From: Acidobacteriota bacterium
GTDB lineage: Bacteria; Acidobacteriota; UBA6911; RPQK01; JADFOI01
Length of the DNA stretch: 64,000 nt
Direction of reading: 5' to 3'
Assembly (NCBI GenBank): GCA_963663035.1
Contig: OY760074.1
Location: 2,304,001-2,368,000, forward strand
Shown: positions 52,495-62,394 of the stretch, one piece after another
How positions within the stretch are numbered: position 1 is the first letter of the stretch
How the letters are laid out: each line of letters begins with the position of its first letter
Translations under genes and position numbers: made by a program
Notes under the pieces: model-generated
Databases searched by the model: none
Seen by the model: only the letters and a program-made list of their open reading frames with translations
What the model was told of the DNA's origin: nothing

Positions 52495-53874
52495 GAGGTT
52501 CCGTCAATAAGTGTGTAAATAGACATCAGGCGGCTTTCTCCTGGGTGACTGGGTTGACTGGAACTCCATTGACATATTGGGCTCCTTGGTAGACATCCTT
52601 CATCAAGTGGGGAGCCTTCAAACGGCGAAATCTCTTCTCAGCGACCAGCAGCATCTTCCAGATGACAGCCCGTGCGTTGGCCACTTTCTTGAACCTTCGA
52701 GCAGCATCGGTTCGCAGTCGCAGAGCAGAGAAGGGAGACTCCACTGGGTTGGTAGTCCGCAGATGTTGCCACTGCTGTTTGGGATAGTTGTAAAACGTCA
52801 CCATCCGCTCCCAGTCCTGGTCGATCAGATCAGCCGCTGCCTCCAGGCCTCTCTTGCTACACCAATGTTGGAATCGTCCTTTGACTCGCTCGGCTTCCTG
52901 CCGTGTTTCTGCATAAGGGATCTGCCGCAACATCAACAAGGCCGCTTTGTGCCGACTCTTGGGGATCTTGGCCAGCAAGTTGACGATGCGATGATTCCAG
53001 CATCTCTGCTCGTCGGCTTCTGGGAACACGTTGCGCAACGCTCCCCAGATCCCCAGATGCCCGTCAGCGATCACCAGACGGGGTGGGTTCATCCCCCGCT
53101 CTTTGAGATCCCGCAGCACTTCGGACCAGCTCTGGGTCGATTCTCGATAACCACTACTGACGGACACCACCACTTTAGTGCCATCACTTAAAGCGGCGAT
53201 CACTACCAGAATCACGGCCTTCTCCTTCTCCAGCCCTGCTTTGATGTACACGCCGTCCGCCCACAAATACACGACTTCCAGATCATCCAGCCGACGGCTC
53301 TGCCAGGCCTCCATTTCTCCCTGCCACTTCTGTTTCAACCGGGCTACGGTGCTGGGGGACAGCGGCGCTTCTTCCCCTAAAAGCCCTCTCAAGGCCAGAT
53401 CGAAATCCCCCTCGGCCAGACCATGTAAATAGAGTTCTGGAATCAAGTCTCGTACCTCTCGCGTTCGCTTGGCAAACAGCGGCAAGACCCGGCTCTCAAA
53501 ACGCTCTTCCAGATCCCGCACTCGGGGACGCCGCAGCTTGATCGTTCCGCAACTCATCGTCAGTCGCCGCTCCTTGCCGTAGCCGTTGCGATAGCCACCG
53601 GAGGCGTCCACTTCTCGGCGACGCTCATTCTTTCTTCGTCCCAGCAGCTGTGTCACTTCATCCTCCAGCAGTTCCTGTACGTAAAACTGGATCTGCTCTC
53701 GCACCCACTCTTCCAGCTGTTCAAAGCAGACTCTTGACTCCACACTGTGATCAATGTTCTTCTTGCTCATGGCGGTGTGACTCCTTCCTTTCGGGCTCTT
53801 CCGCCCGGGTTTTTATTTTCACCCGGAAGGATAATCACCGCCTGTGCTATTTACACACCTTTTGAGGGTAGCTC
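52495..53874 (-). mobile_element. IS256 family insertion sequence, 1380 bp
   Basis: IRs containing GTGTGTAAATAG; 8-bp target duplication GGAACTTG. Confidence 0.93.
52526..53770 (-). CDS. IS256 family transposase
   Basis: YRNGY, LWADG, IADG, QRCWNH, RTTNPVES. Confidence 0.93.
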   Translation of the reverse strand: MSKKNIDHSVESRVCFEQLEEWVREQIQFYVQELLEDEVTQLLGRRKNERRREVDASGGYRNGYGKERRLTMSCGTIKLRRPRVRDLEERFESRVLPLFAKRTREVRDLIPELYLHGLAEGDFDLALRGLLGEEAPLSPSTVARLKQKWQGEMEAWQSRRLDDLEVVYLWADGVYIKAGLEKEKAVILVVIAALSDGTKVVVSVSSGYRESTQSWSEVLRDLKERGMNPPRLVIADGHLGIWGALRNVFPEADEQRCWNHRIVNLLAKIPKSRHKAALLMLRQIPYAETRQEAERVKGRFQHWCSKRGLEAAADLIDQDWERMVTFYNYPKQQWQHLRTTNPVESPFSALRLRTDAARRFKKVANARAVIWKMLLVAEKRFRRLKAPHLMKDVYQGAQYVNGVPVNPVTQEKAA

Positions 53875-54053
53875 GGAACTTGTCTTTCGCGTCTGGACTT
53901 CTTCAAATTAGCCCTTGCCAGCCGGCTAAGGCTTAGGTTTTCACCCAGTAGCTACTTCCGAAGAAGCGCGTCCTGGCCGCACCCTGGCCTACAGTGACCC
54001 TTTCGATGGCTTGGACAGAATTCCATTAAACAACTGATAAATAGGGAGATAGA

Positions 54054-54102
54054 TGGTGGAGGTAACCGGACTTGAACCGGTGACCCCCTGCTTGCAAAGC
54101 AG
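54054..54102 (-). repeat. tRNA-Ala(TGC) 3' fragment, att site 3
   Basis: Identical 49 bp; conserved arm extends to 54237. Confidence 0.88.
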
Positions 54103-54522
54103 TACCCTTGTGTTTCACAACCTACTCAAATTCAATAAGTTACTGAGACAAAGAGATTTCCGTTTAGCAGATTTCAGCTAATTTTAGTCAATTTTGGCAG
54201 ATTTTGGAAAGATTTTCACACACCAATTCACACACCGGAACTTCAGCGGTGTAAATTCCGGAGATGTCGTTCCTTTATGCTAGCCGGAGAAAGACACTCA
54301 AATATGATTCTCCAGAGGTAACCTGAGCTTGTGCGCACGCCCTTTCTTCTAATCGGATAGAGTTTTTCGGGGGGACAACCACAAAACCAAAGGGATCACA
54401 CCATAAACTCTTGTGAGTCCCAGCTGTTGCGGGGTTTTCCTGTTGTTGGGCGGTTCTGGGGTAGAAATGGGGTAGGAAATCAAACTTGCATGCGTGCTAT
54501 ACCACAGGGATCTGGGCCCTGT

Positions 54523-55932
54523 TTATTGGAACACCGCCATCTTGTGCTGGATCATGTCGTGCATGGTGTAGCCAATGCCGCCGATGCCATAACCGGAGGT
54601 GCGCCTTCCGGCAAAGGGCATCCAGTCCACGCGGAATGCAGTGTGGTCATTGACCATTACAGCTGATGCATCCAGGCGTTTGATCGTATCTCTGGCTACG
54701 GCCAGGTCGTTTGTATATACAGCAGCCTGGAAGGCCATATCCAGACCATTGGCACGATCGATCGCCTCACGACGATCTTTATAAGCGTACACGCACACGA
54801 CAGGTCCAAAGATTTCAAGCGTGGATACCTTGGCATCCATTGGTGGGTTCAAGAGCACTGTTGGCGCATAGGTCGTATCACTGAATTTCTTGCCCCCTGT
54901 CAGCAGCTGCGCACCATCGTCAACCGCCTCCGTCACCCAGGCATGCACCCGCTCCACTTCACGTGGCAGGATGAGCGGCCCCACTTCGGTGTCTTCCTTA
55001 GTGGCGTTCCCCACTTTCAGTTTGCCTGCACCCTCTGCCAACTGCTGAGCCAAGTCTGTGGCAATGGATTCCGCTGCAAACACGCGCTGTACGGAGACAC
55101 AGACTTGCCCGGCATGATAGAACCCACCTTTGAGCAGGGAGGGGATCACTGTGTCCAGACTGGCCGTGGCATCGACAATCACCGGTGCCGCTCCTCCGTG
55201 CTCCAGCGCACAGCGTACGCCTGGCGCCAATTTGCTGCGCAGCATCCAGCCCACTTTGGCTGATCCGACAAACGTGAAAAAGTGAATCCGTGAATCCGTC
55301 ACCAGCTTTTCTGCTACCTCATTGTCACACACGATATATTGGCACCACTCCTCGGATAACCCGGCCTCATAGACCAGTTCGACAAATCGGATGCAGTTCA
55401 GTGGGGTGGTCGGTGCAGGTTTGACAATCACCGGACATCCCACCGCAATGGCCGGCACGACTTGGTGGACGATCAGGTTTAGCGGGTGGTTAAAGGCGCT
55501 GATCGCTACTACAACGCCAATGGGCTCATAGGTGGTCAAGGCAGCACGCCCTGTAGCCGCAGGAGTATGCCCCATAGGAATTTCCTCCCCCCGCATGACC
55601 TGGGAAAGTTCCTTGATGGCCAGGCCGATGCCATCGATGGCACGGGCCACTTCCACTCGAGCATCCGTCAACGGCTTGCCGCCCTCTTGGGCAATGAGCA
55701 GGGCAAAGTCATCGGCTTCGCCATCAATGAATTAGGCTAATTTCTTTAAAACGGCAATACGCTCATGATGCTCCAACCAGCCATCGCGGTTTCTATAGCA
55801 TGCAAGTGCCTTCTCCAGCATGGCTTCAGCATCGTCGGCACTGTGCATTGGGATGGTGCTAATGAGCGACCCATCGAAGGGTGATAAGACGTCAAGCGTC
55901 TGGATTTCCTTCTCTTGTGTGGGCGCCTTCAT
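54523..55932 (-). pseudogene. aldehyde dehydrogenase with in-frame TAA at 55732-55734
   Basis: FNHPLN, LEHGG, AGQVCVS, EIFGP; the two ORFs share a frame across one stop. Confidence 0.85.
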
Positions 55933-57623
55933 AGCAGGCATACCTTTTCTTTGAGTTCGTCCACCAACACCTTTTGGTTCTCTGAGTAGTCCACGGGTAG
56001 TTCAATCAGGTGAACTCCGCCCTCCTGATAGCATTGTTCCAATAAGGGCACCAGGCTTTCGGTGCGTGTCAGCCTATGACCATACGCTCCATAGCTTTCT
56101 GCATATTTTGCGAAATCAGGGTTGCCATACTGCAAACCAAAATCAGGCAAGCCCATGGCATACTGTTTCCAGCGGATCATCCCATAGGAATTATCGCGCA
56201 GTACCAGCACCACAAGGTTGAGCTTCAAGCGCACTGCAGTTTCCATCTCCTGGCTGTTCATCATGAAACCGCCGTCGCCGCAGACCGCCATGACGCGCCG
56301 ATCGGGATACAATCGTGCTGCCTCTATAGCGGAGGGCAGGCCAGCGCCCATCGTTGCCAGGGCATTATCGAGCAGTACGGTGTTCGGCTGAGTAGCAGGA
56401 TAGTTTCTGGCAAACCAGATTTTATAAACGCCGTTGTCCAGCGCTAAAATACTGTCGTCCAGCATGACCTTGCGCACGTCCCAGACTATCCGCTGCGGTT
56501 TCACCGGAAAGCTGTCATCATCCTCTCCTAAATGGATATGCTCTTGAAACTGGTCCCTCACCTGCATGAAGTAAGCGAAGTCATGTGATCTGGTTTTACC
56601 GGCCTTATCCGCAATGCGTGTCACAGAAGTTGCGATATCCCCCACCACTTCCAACTGGGGGAAATAAACGTTGTCTACGGTTGCCGACTTGAAGTTGATG
56701 TGAATAACCTTGGCACCCTCATGTTCCATAAAAAAGGGAGGTTTTTCTACCACATCATGGCCAACGTTAAGAATCAAATCTGCCCGATTGATCGCACAGT
56801 GTAGGTAATCCCCGTCAGATAAGGCCGCAGTACCCATAAACAGAGGGTGCAGTTCCCCGACCACGCCTTTACCCATCTGGGTGTCGAAAAACGGAATACC
56901 GGTGTGATCAAGAAATTTTGAAAGAGTGTTCCATATCCGCTTACGGTTTGCACCCGCACCGATGAGAAGCAAGGGGTGTTTTGCCTTTTTTATCATAGAA
57001 ACTGCATCATCAATGACCGTTTGATCGGCATCGCCGCGGAGCCGCTTGCTGATTTCAAACACCGGTGTGGTGTCTGCATCTACCGGTTCTCTCGCAATAT
57101 CTTCCGGCAATTCCAGGTGCACCCCGCCGGGACGTTCTTCCTCGGCCTGGCGGAAAGCCTCGCGTACCATACTGGGGATCATGTTTACATTGACGATCTG
57201 TCGGGTGAATTTGGTTAGGGGACGCATCATGCCCACAATATCCACAATCTGAAATTGTCCCTGCTTACTCCTTTTAATAGGCTTCTGCCCCGTGATCATC
57301 ATCATGGGGAAGGCTCCTAGCTGCGCATAGGCTGCCGGTGTCACAAGATTCGTTGCTCCCGGTCCAAGGGTGGCAAGACACACGCCGGTTTCACCTGTCA
57401 ATCGTCCATAGGTCGCTGCCATGAACCCTGCTCCCTGCTCATGACGGGTAAGAACTAACTGGATACTGGACTTGCGTAAGGCTTCTAAAAAGTCCAGATT
57501 CTCTTCGCCAGGCACGCCATAAATGACCTCCACGCCCTCATTTTCAAGGGCCTTGATGAACAGATCGGAGGCATTTTGGGGTTCCTGGGCGGGTGGTACC
57601 ACTTCTTTCCGGGCGGTGGCCAT
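55929..57623 (-). CDS. acetolactate synthase large subunit-like TPP enzyme
   Basis: GVPGEENL, RHEQGAGFMA, LGPGATN, GDGGFMMN. Confidence 0.92.
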   Translation of the reverse strand: MATARKEVVPPAQEPQNASDLFIKALENEGVEVIYGVPGEENLDFLEALRKSSIQLVLTRHEQGAGFMAATYGRLTGETGVCLATLGPGATNLVTPAAYAQLGAFPMMMITGQKPIKRSKQGQFQIVDIVGMMRPLTKFTRQIVNVNMIPSMVREAFRQAEEERPGGVHLELPEDIAREPVDADTTPVFEISKRLRGDADQTVIDDAVSMIKKAKHPLLLIGAGANRKRIWNTLSKFLDHTGIPFFDTQMGKGVVGELHPLFMGTAALSDGDYLHCAINRADLILNVGHDVVEKPPFFMEHEGAKVIHINFKSATVDNVYFPQLEVVGDIATSVTRIADKAGKTRSHDFAYFMQVRDQFQEHIHLGEDDDSFPVKPQRIVWDVRKVMLDDSILALDNGVYKIWFARNYPATQPNTVLLDNALATMGAGLPSAIEAARLYPDRRVMAVCGDGGFMMNSQEMETAVRLKLNLVVLVLRDNSYGMIRWKQYAMGLPDFGLQYGNPDFAKYAESYGAYGHRLTRTESLVPLLEQCYQEGGVHLIELPVDYSENQKVLVDELKEKVCLL

Positions 57624-57770
57624 GCTCAACACTCCTTTATGCTAGTGGGACTTGCGCTCATATCCTATAAGATGTAGGCATCGAGGGATAGGAACGTTCG
57701 ATCAGCAGTGCTGCCGGTTCACCAAAAGTTTGTCGTCGCAGAGTGAAGAGACTCTGTCAAGGGCACTGCC

Positions 57771-58517
57771 CTACCGATATAAAGGATTGGGGTGGTCAAA
57801 GCGACAACCCGCATCCCATTTGGAGCGTTGATTGCCATGTGCTGGAATCCCGCCTGCGTCCTTGATCATTCGCGCAAGGTGGAGCAGATTCCAGGTCATG
57901 AACGTGGTGTTGCGATTGGTAAAATCATTCTCGGGCCCTCCCGATCCTGGATCCAGATAGGAGGGTCCCGGTCCTGCCGGTCCCAGCCAGTCAGCATCGG
58001 CTTGAGGCGGAATGACGTATCCGAGGTGCTGAAGAGAATAGAGAATATTCATCGAACAGTGCTTTGCTCCGTCCTCGTTACCTGTAATCAAACACCCTCC
58101 TACACGACCGTAATAGACGTATTGTCCATTGTCGCTGAGATCCCCAGAATTAGAATAGAGTCGCTCGATGGTTTTCGTACACACTGAAGTCTTTTCACCC
58201 AGCCAAATCGCTGAGGTGATCACCAGTATTTCTGCTACTTTGACCTTCTCGTAGATCTGGGGCCAATCATCTTGCTCCCAGCCCTGCTCCGTCATGTCCG
58301 GATAGACTCCATAGGCAATGTTGTAGTCGACGGGGCGCACAACCTCCACGGAAACGCCGTTTTTCTCCATGATGGCCTTGGAGATCTCGACGAGACCCTG
58401 AGTATGGGAGGGCTCCGGCGTCTTCTTTAAGGTGCAGTTGAGAAACAGCGCATGGAGATCGGAAAAATCCCACTGGCTGGACTCACACATCTCGAGTTGC
58501 TCGTCGCTTAATTCCAT
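57771..58517 (-). CDS. flavodoxin / NADPH-dependent FMN reductase family protein
   Basis: LNCTLK, IWLGE, ITGNEDG, GPGPSY. Confidence 0.85.
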   Translation of the reverse strand: MELSDEQLEMCESSQWDFSDLHALFLNCTLKKTPEPSHTQGLVEISKAIMEKNGVSVEVVRPVDYNIAYGVYPDMTEQGWEQDDWPQIYEKVKVAEILVITSAIWLGEKTSVCTKTIERLYSNSGDLSDNGQYVYYGRVGGCLITGNEDGAKHCSMNILYSLQHLGYVIPPQADADWLGPAGPGPSYLDPGSGGPENDFTNRNTTFMTWNLLHLARMIKDAGGIPAHGNQRSKWDAGCRFDHPNPLYR

Positions 58518-58581
58518 GATTTCCTCCTGTGGTCAAACAAACTCTTTCATTTCATAGTGGAGAGCCTTAGTGGCATCTCCG

Positions 58582-58872
58582 CTATCTCCTCACGCTCGGG
58601 TAGCTCTGTATCCGGCATACTCCCCAGAGCAGCCGAAGATCAATGCGTGACGCATCGGTAAACAGAATGAGGATCAAGGCCAGTTCCGCCACCAGACGGA
58701 CCAGCTCACCGTCGAAACTGAATCGAATCAGCCCAAGCGCCTCCTGACTGACCAGATAACCAAAGAACACAAAGGCCATCGGAGGCGTTATCAAGCTCCT
58801 CTCCGCCCGTGCCGACACCAGTCCGAATGCTAGTATTCCAAAGGCGACTACCGTGTAACCTAGTGCTTCCAT
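58582..58872 (-). pseudogene. cation:proton antiporter (NhaP-like) 5' fragment
   Basis: TPPMAF..G, AELALILILFTDASRID, then abrupt loss of similarity. Confidence 0.7.
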
Positions 58873-59234
58873 GATCCCTGTTTGGGCGTGTCAACTATCT
58901 GATTAACCTGAGATTCAACCACTCAAATCAGTTCTGAATCGGCCAAAATCTCAACTCCATCCGCCTCCTCCAGGCACCTTCGCCTATTTTCTCAAGAACC
59001 TTGTAATGACTAATGGTCGTTCCGACCATACGACTCCCCCCCACTGTGCAATGTAGTCGCTCCCAATGCTAAATCTGCAGGGGGTGAATAGGCAATCAAA
59101 ATTGCCGCTTATCTTGGCTGGAGTTGGGTCGAATGGGGTGGTCTGGTTTTGGCGCGGTTACAATTTCGGTTACAAAACGCCGATTTCGGCCTTTTCAGGG
59201 GAGACGGCCTTCTCTCAACTTATTGATTCTATTA

Positions 59235-59302
59235 TGCCCGGGGAGGGACTCGAACCCTCACGAGGGAAACCCTCACAGGATTTTAAGTCCTGTGCGTCTG
59301 CC
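59235..59302 (-). repeat. 5'-truncated tRNA-Leu(TAA) fragment (att site)
   Basis: Reverse complement GGCAGACGCACAGGACTTAAAATCCTGT...GAGGGTTCGAGTCCCTCCCCGGGCA; first ~17 nt absent. Confidence 0.82.
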
Positions 59303-59540
59303 TCGAACCCCAAAGCTAACCTGGCCGTATAACGCCCATCTCGTCCTCTTGCTGCTGAGCGAAAATCACTAGTCCGGTTTGCCGACTATACGGCCACGTG
59401 ACGGTATTCAGGTCGACGCGCGCTTTAAGTTGCTCGAACTTCACAGGACCCAATCCGGAAAGCGTCTCAGGGTGGGCGATCTCGAACGGCTCGGCTCAGC
59501 AGCGGGCCGTTAGGCGTACATAGAAACGAGCGACAGCAGG

Positions 59541-59720
59541 ATGAGCAAGAATCGATCGACACAGACTGCCGTTGGAGTGTGGGGCGCAAGGGGCACCGCC
59601 CTTGGCGCTGCTTTCGGCGCAGCATTCGGTGATGTGGCGATTGGTGTTGCGCTCGGCGTTGCAATCGGGTCAGCGATGAGTAAGCGACCCAAGGACAACA
59701 GCCATGAAGACGACGCCTAA
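59541..59720 (+). CDS. 59-aa glycine-zipper membrane protein in an integron-type cassette
   Basis: MSKNRSTQ...GAAFGAAFGDVAIGVALGVAIGSA...; preceded by GTTAGGC, stop inside GCCTAAC. Confidence 0.65.
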   Translation: MSKNRSTQTAVGVWGARGTALGAAFGAAFGDVAIGVALGVAIGSAMSKRPKDNSHEDDA

Positions 59721-59725
59721 CGAAT

Positions 59726-60120
59726 TCAGGATTCTTGTCGTGCGAATCCGCGATCCACGACAAGAATCCTTAATTCGTTAGATGTAAGTCGCTCGATGTT
59801 GCCACCGTCGGCATCTATGACGTAGATCTCGGAGTTCCCATCGCGATTTGAGTGAAAGACGATTCTTTGCCCATCTGGAGACCACGGGGGCCGGGCATCC
59901 CTCTTGTCATTGTGCGTAAGCCTCTGGCGTTCGACCCATCCGCACCCATCACGTAGATCTCGAAGTTCCCGTCGCGGGTCGAGTCGAAGGCAATCTTCTG
60001 ACCATCGGGAGACCCGTTTGGAGCGACGCTTTGGGCGTGTCTGCCAGGGGTGCGTGTCATTTGCTGCACATTGGAACCGTCGCGCCGCGAACCGATCACG
60101 GGACCTTGAAAGTCTTCCAC
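59726..60120 (-). pseudogene. frameshifted TolB/PD40-repeat protein fragment
   Basis: SPDGQKIAFDSTRDGNFEIYVM and WSPDGQRIVFHSNRDGNSEIYV in different frames. Confidence 0.8.
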
Positions 60121-60200
60121 TCATTCCCGCCGGTTCGAGCCAAGATCGAACACAAACAGTTCAGTCTGAGGGAGCGGCTCGCCTATCTTGAAGACGCGCT

Positions 60201-60252
60201 GCCCTTTCCGTGCACCCTATCACACCATCAGCAGCGCCGGATTGGTGGGAGG
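60201..60252 (+). repeat. 52-bp copy of an internal comM segment
   Basis: 50/52 identical to 19810-19861. Confidence 0.85.
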
Positions 60253-60432
60253 AGCCTACCCCACCCGGCCTGTATGTGCGTTAGGATCATTCTCCTCACG
60301 CCGACCCAGGTTTTTACCACTCCATACCGTATGACACAGCCCAATGTTCATACTTGTTTCAACATATTGTCATTTGAGTGACGCGCGTCACTGTCTGCCT
60401 TTTCGAAAACCTCAAGAATATTTGAGTAAGCA

Positions 60433-60639
60433 ATGAAAATATCATGGCATCGTCGTTGCCCGACGTGTAGGGGGAAAAAGGTCATTAAAAGCTACCACAC
60501 ATACCGCTGTGAGGGATGTCAGATTGACTTCAGAGGAAAGAAAATTGGCTTCTGGCCTTTTGTGGTCAGAATCGCATTCCCGTCTAAGGATAATCGGAAG
60601 GAAAAGATCCAGCCAAAAGAACCTGACCTTGCCCCCTAA
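60433..60639 (+). CDS. small CxxC..CxxC protein, 3' end supplied by IS3
   Basis: CPTC...CEGC; frame enters the IS at 60624. Confidence 0.4.
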   Translation: MKISWHRRCPTCRGKKVIKSYHTYRCEGCQIDFRGKKIGFWPFVVRIAFPSKDNRKEKIQPKEPDLAP

Positions 60640-60689
60640 AACGAGTCCAGTTTGAATGTTAGGATTTCCGGTTTAGGAAGGAGGCAAGG

Positions 60690-60968
60690 ATGGCAGGGAA
60701 GCGGTTTAGGGCAGAACAGATCATCATGAAGCTGCGTGAGGCAGAGGTGGGTCTGGCCCAAGGACAGAGGGTGGGACAGGTGTCGAAGCAGATGGGGGTG
60801 AGCGAGCAGACCTACTACCGGTGGCGCAAAGAGTACGGAGGGCTCCGGTTGGACCAGGCCAAGAGGTTGAAGGTGTTGGAGAAGGAGAATACCCGGTTGA
60901 AGAAGCTGGTGGCGGATCTGTCTTTGGACAAGCAGATCCTGAAGGAAGTGTCCTCGGGAAACTTCTAG
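60690..60968 (+). CDS. IS3 transposase OrfA
   Basis: Identical to the other copies. Confidence 0.9.
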   Translation: MAGKRFRAEQIIMKLREAEVGLAQGQRVGQVSKQMGVSEQTYYRWRKEYGGLRLDQAKRLKVLEKENTRLKKLVADLSLDKQILKEVSSGNF

Positions 60969-61861
60969 GCCCGGCGAACAGGAGACGAGCGGTGATGTGG
61001 GTACGAGAGCGATTAGGAGCAGAGCGAGTCTCCGAACGTCGGGCCTGCCAAGTGCTGGGACAGGTTCGATCGACCCAGCGAAGGGAAAGGCAAATTCCCG
61101 ATGATGAGGCCCGATTGGTGGCCCGGATGGTGGAGTTGGCTACGCAATACGGGCGTTATGGCTACCGGCGGGTCACGGCGATACTTCATGGGGAAGGGTG
61201 GAAGGTGAATCCTAAGCGGGTGGAGAGGCTGTGGAGACAAGAAGGGCTGAAAGTCCCGTCCAGACAGCCGAAACGAAGGAGGCTGTGGCTTAATGACGGT
61301 TCCTGTGTTCGGTTACGAGCGGCTCGCAAGAACCACGTCTGGAGCTATGATTTCGCGCATGAACGGACCCATGATGGGCGAGCCTTTCGGCTATTGACGA
61401 TCCTGGATGAGTACACCAGAGAGTGCCTCGCCATTGATGTGAAACGGCAGATGAATCACCAAGACGTGTTGGACCGGCTGGCGGAGTTATTCGTTGATCG
61501 GGGAGTGCCTGAGTTTATCCGGTCCGATAACGGATCGGAGTTTACGGCACAGGCGGTCCGGGACTGGCTGCAGGCTGTTGGGGTAAGGACCTTGTACATC
61601 GAGCCGGGCAGCCCCTGGGAGAATGGGTACATTGAGAGTTTCAACGGGAAACTACGGGATGAGCTGCTGAACATGGAGATCTTCGACACGCTGGGGGAAG
61701 CCAAGGTGTTGGTAGAACGCTGGCGGAGGGATTACAATCAGATCCGGCCTCACAGCGCCTTGGCCTATCGGCCGCCGGCGCCAGAGGCCAAACTACCTAG
61801 GTCGCAGGCACTGGATCCAATCCCTTGGAGTGGACTTCAAATGGTCCCGGGTCTAGCATAG
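60821..61861 (+). CDS. IS3 transposase OrfB
   Basis: DDE motifs. Confidence 0.9.
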   Translation: MAQRVRRAPVGPGQEVEGVGEGEYPVEEAGGGSVFGQADPEGSVLGKLLGPANRRRAVMWVRERLGAERVSERRACQVLGQVRSTQRRERQIPDDEARLVARMVELATQYGRYGYRRVTAILHGEGWKVNPKRVERLWRQEGLKVPSRQPKRRRLWLNDGSCVRLRAARKNHVWSYDFAHERTHDGRAFRLLTILDEYTRECLAIDVKRQMNHQDVLDRLAELFVDRGVPEFIRSDNGSEFTAQAVRDWLQAVGVRTLYIEPGSPWENGYIESFNGKLRDELLNMEIFDTLGEAKVLVERWRRDYNQIRPHSALAYRPPAPEAKLPRSQALDPIPWSGLQMVPGLA

Positions 61862-61890
61862 AGGGTGGACTCGTTCGTGGGGGCAGGTCA

Positions 61891-62394
61891 CTCTACTCGA
61901 CGGTTTTGTGCCCGTCCTTTATCGCCCTTATTACTCATAACCGGCACAAGTGGGCCGATACCTTTTGGGGTGAGTCTGGAGGCTTTGATGCTGTATTCTC
62001 TGGTCAAGGATTCAACTACTGCTGTGGCACGTTGCTCTGACAGTGTGATGTTGTATTCCAAACTACCCTTCATGTCGGTATGCCCTACGACGTACAATTC
62101 TAGTTCTGGCCGATTGTTCAATAATTCTGCGACTTCCTTCAGCGCTGATTCCGACTCTGGTTTTACAGTCGACTTATCATAATCAAAATAGATGCCATAG
62201 AGCGCAACTTTGCCGTACATGTCGATGTCCTTTGACATGGCGTCGGCGTCCACACTCACGAGGTTATCCTCCATGGCCTGCTGCTCGATAATGTCGAGCA
62301 AGACCACGATCTCGTTTTGCGAGTATTGAGCTGTGCCGAGGGCAACGTAAGCAGTGCCCTCTGGCCGATTCAGGCGCGCGGCAAAATAACCGCT
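61891..62394 (-). pseudogene. OmpA family gene fragment cut at both ends by IS termini
   Basis: GKVALYGIYFD, VVGHTD, NRRVE; bounded by IS3 and an IS481-like end. Confidence 0.85.

Larger units (their letters stand above)
60624..61890 (+). mobile_element. IS3 family full copy, 1267 bp
   Basis: Same IRs; no direct repeat. Confidence 0.95.

Noticed and set aside
50464-54102. Three functional tRNA-Ala genes, or a CRISPR-like array
   Set aside because: Each lacks the 5' acceptor strand and D arm; spacing is 0.8-2.8 kb and there are no cas genes.
55732-55734. Selenocysteine or pyrrolysine read-through in ALDH
   Set aside because: The stop is TAA, not TGA or TAG.
59323-59396. attC site (GCCGTATAAC...CTATACGGC), and similar RYYYAAC words near 51542 and 52469
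   Set aside because: No intact GTTRRRY partner or convincing L boxes; at most degraded.
19810-60252. DGR template/variable repeat pair for the comM copy
   Set aside because: Only two mismatches, not adenine-specific, and no reverse transcriptase in the window.
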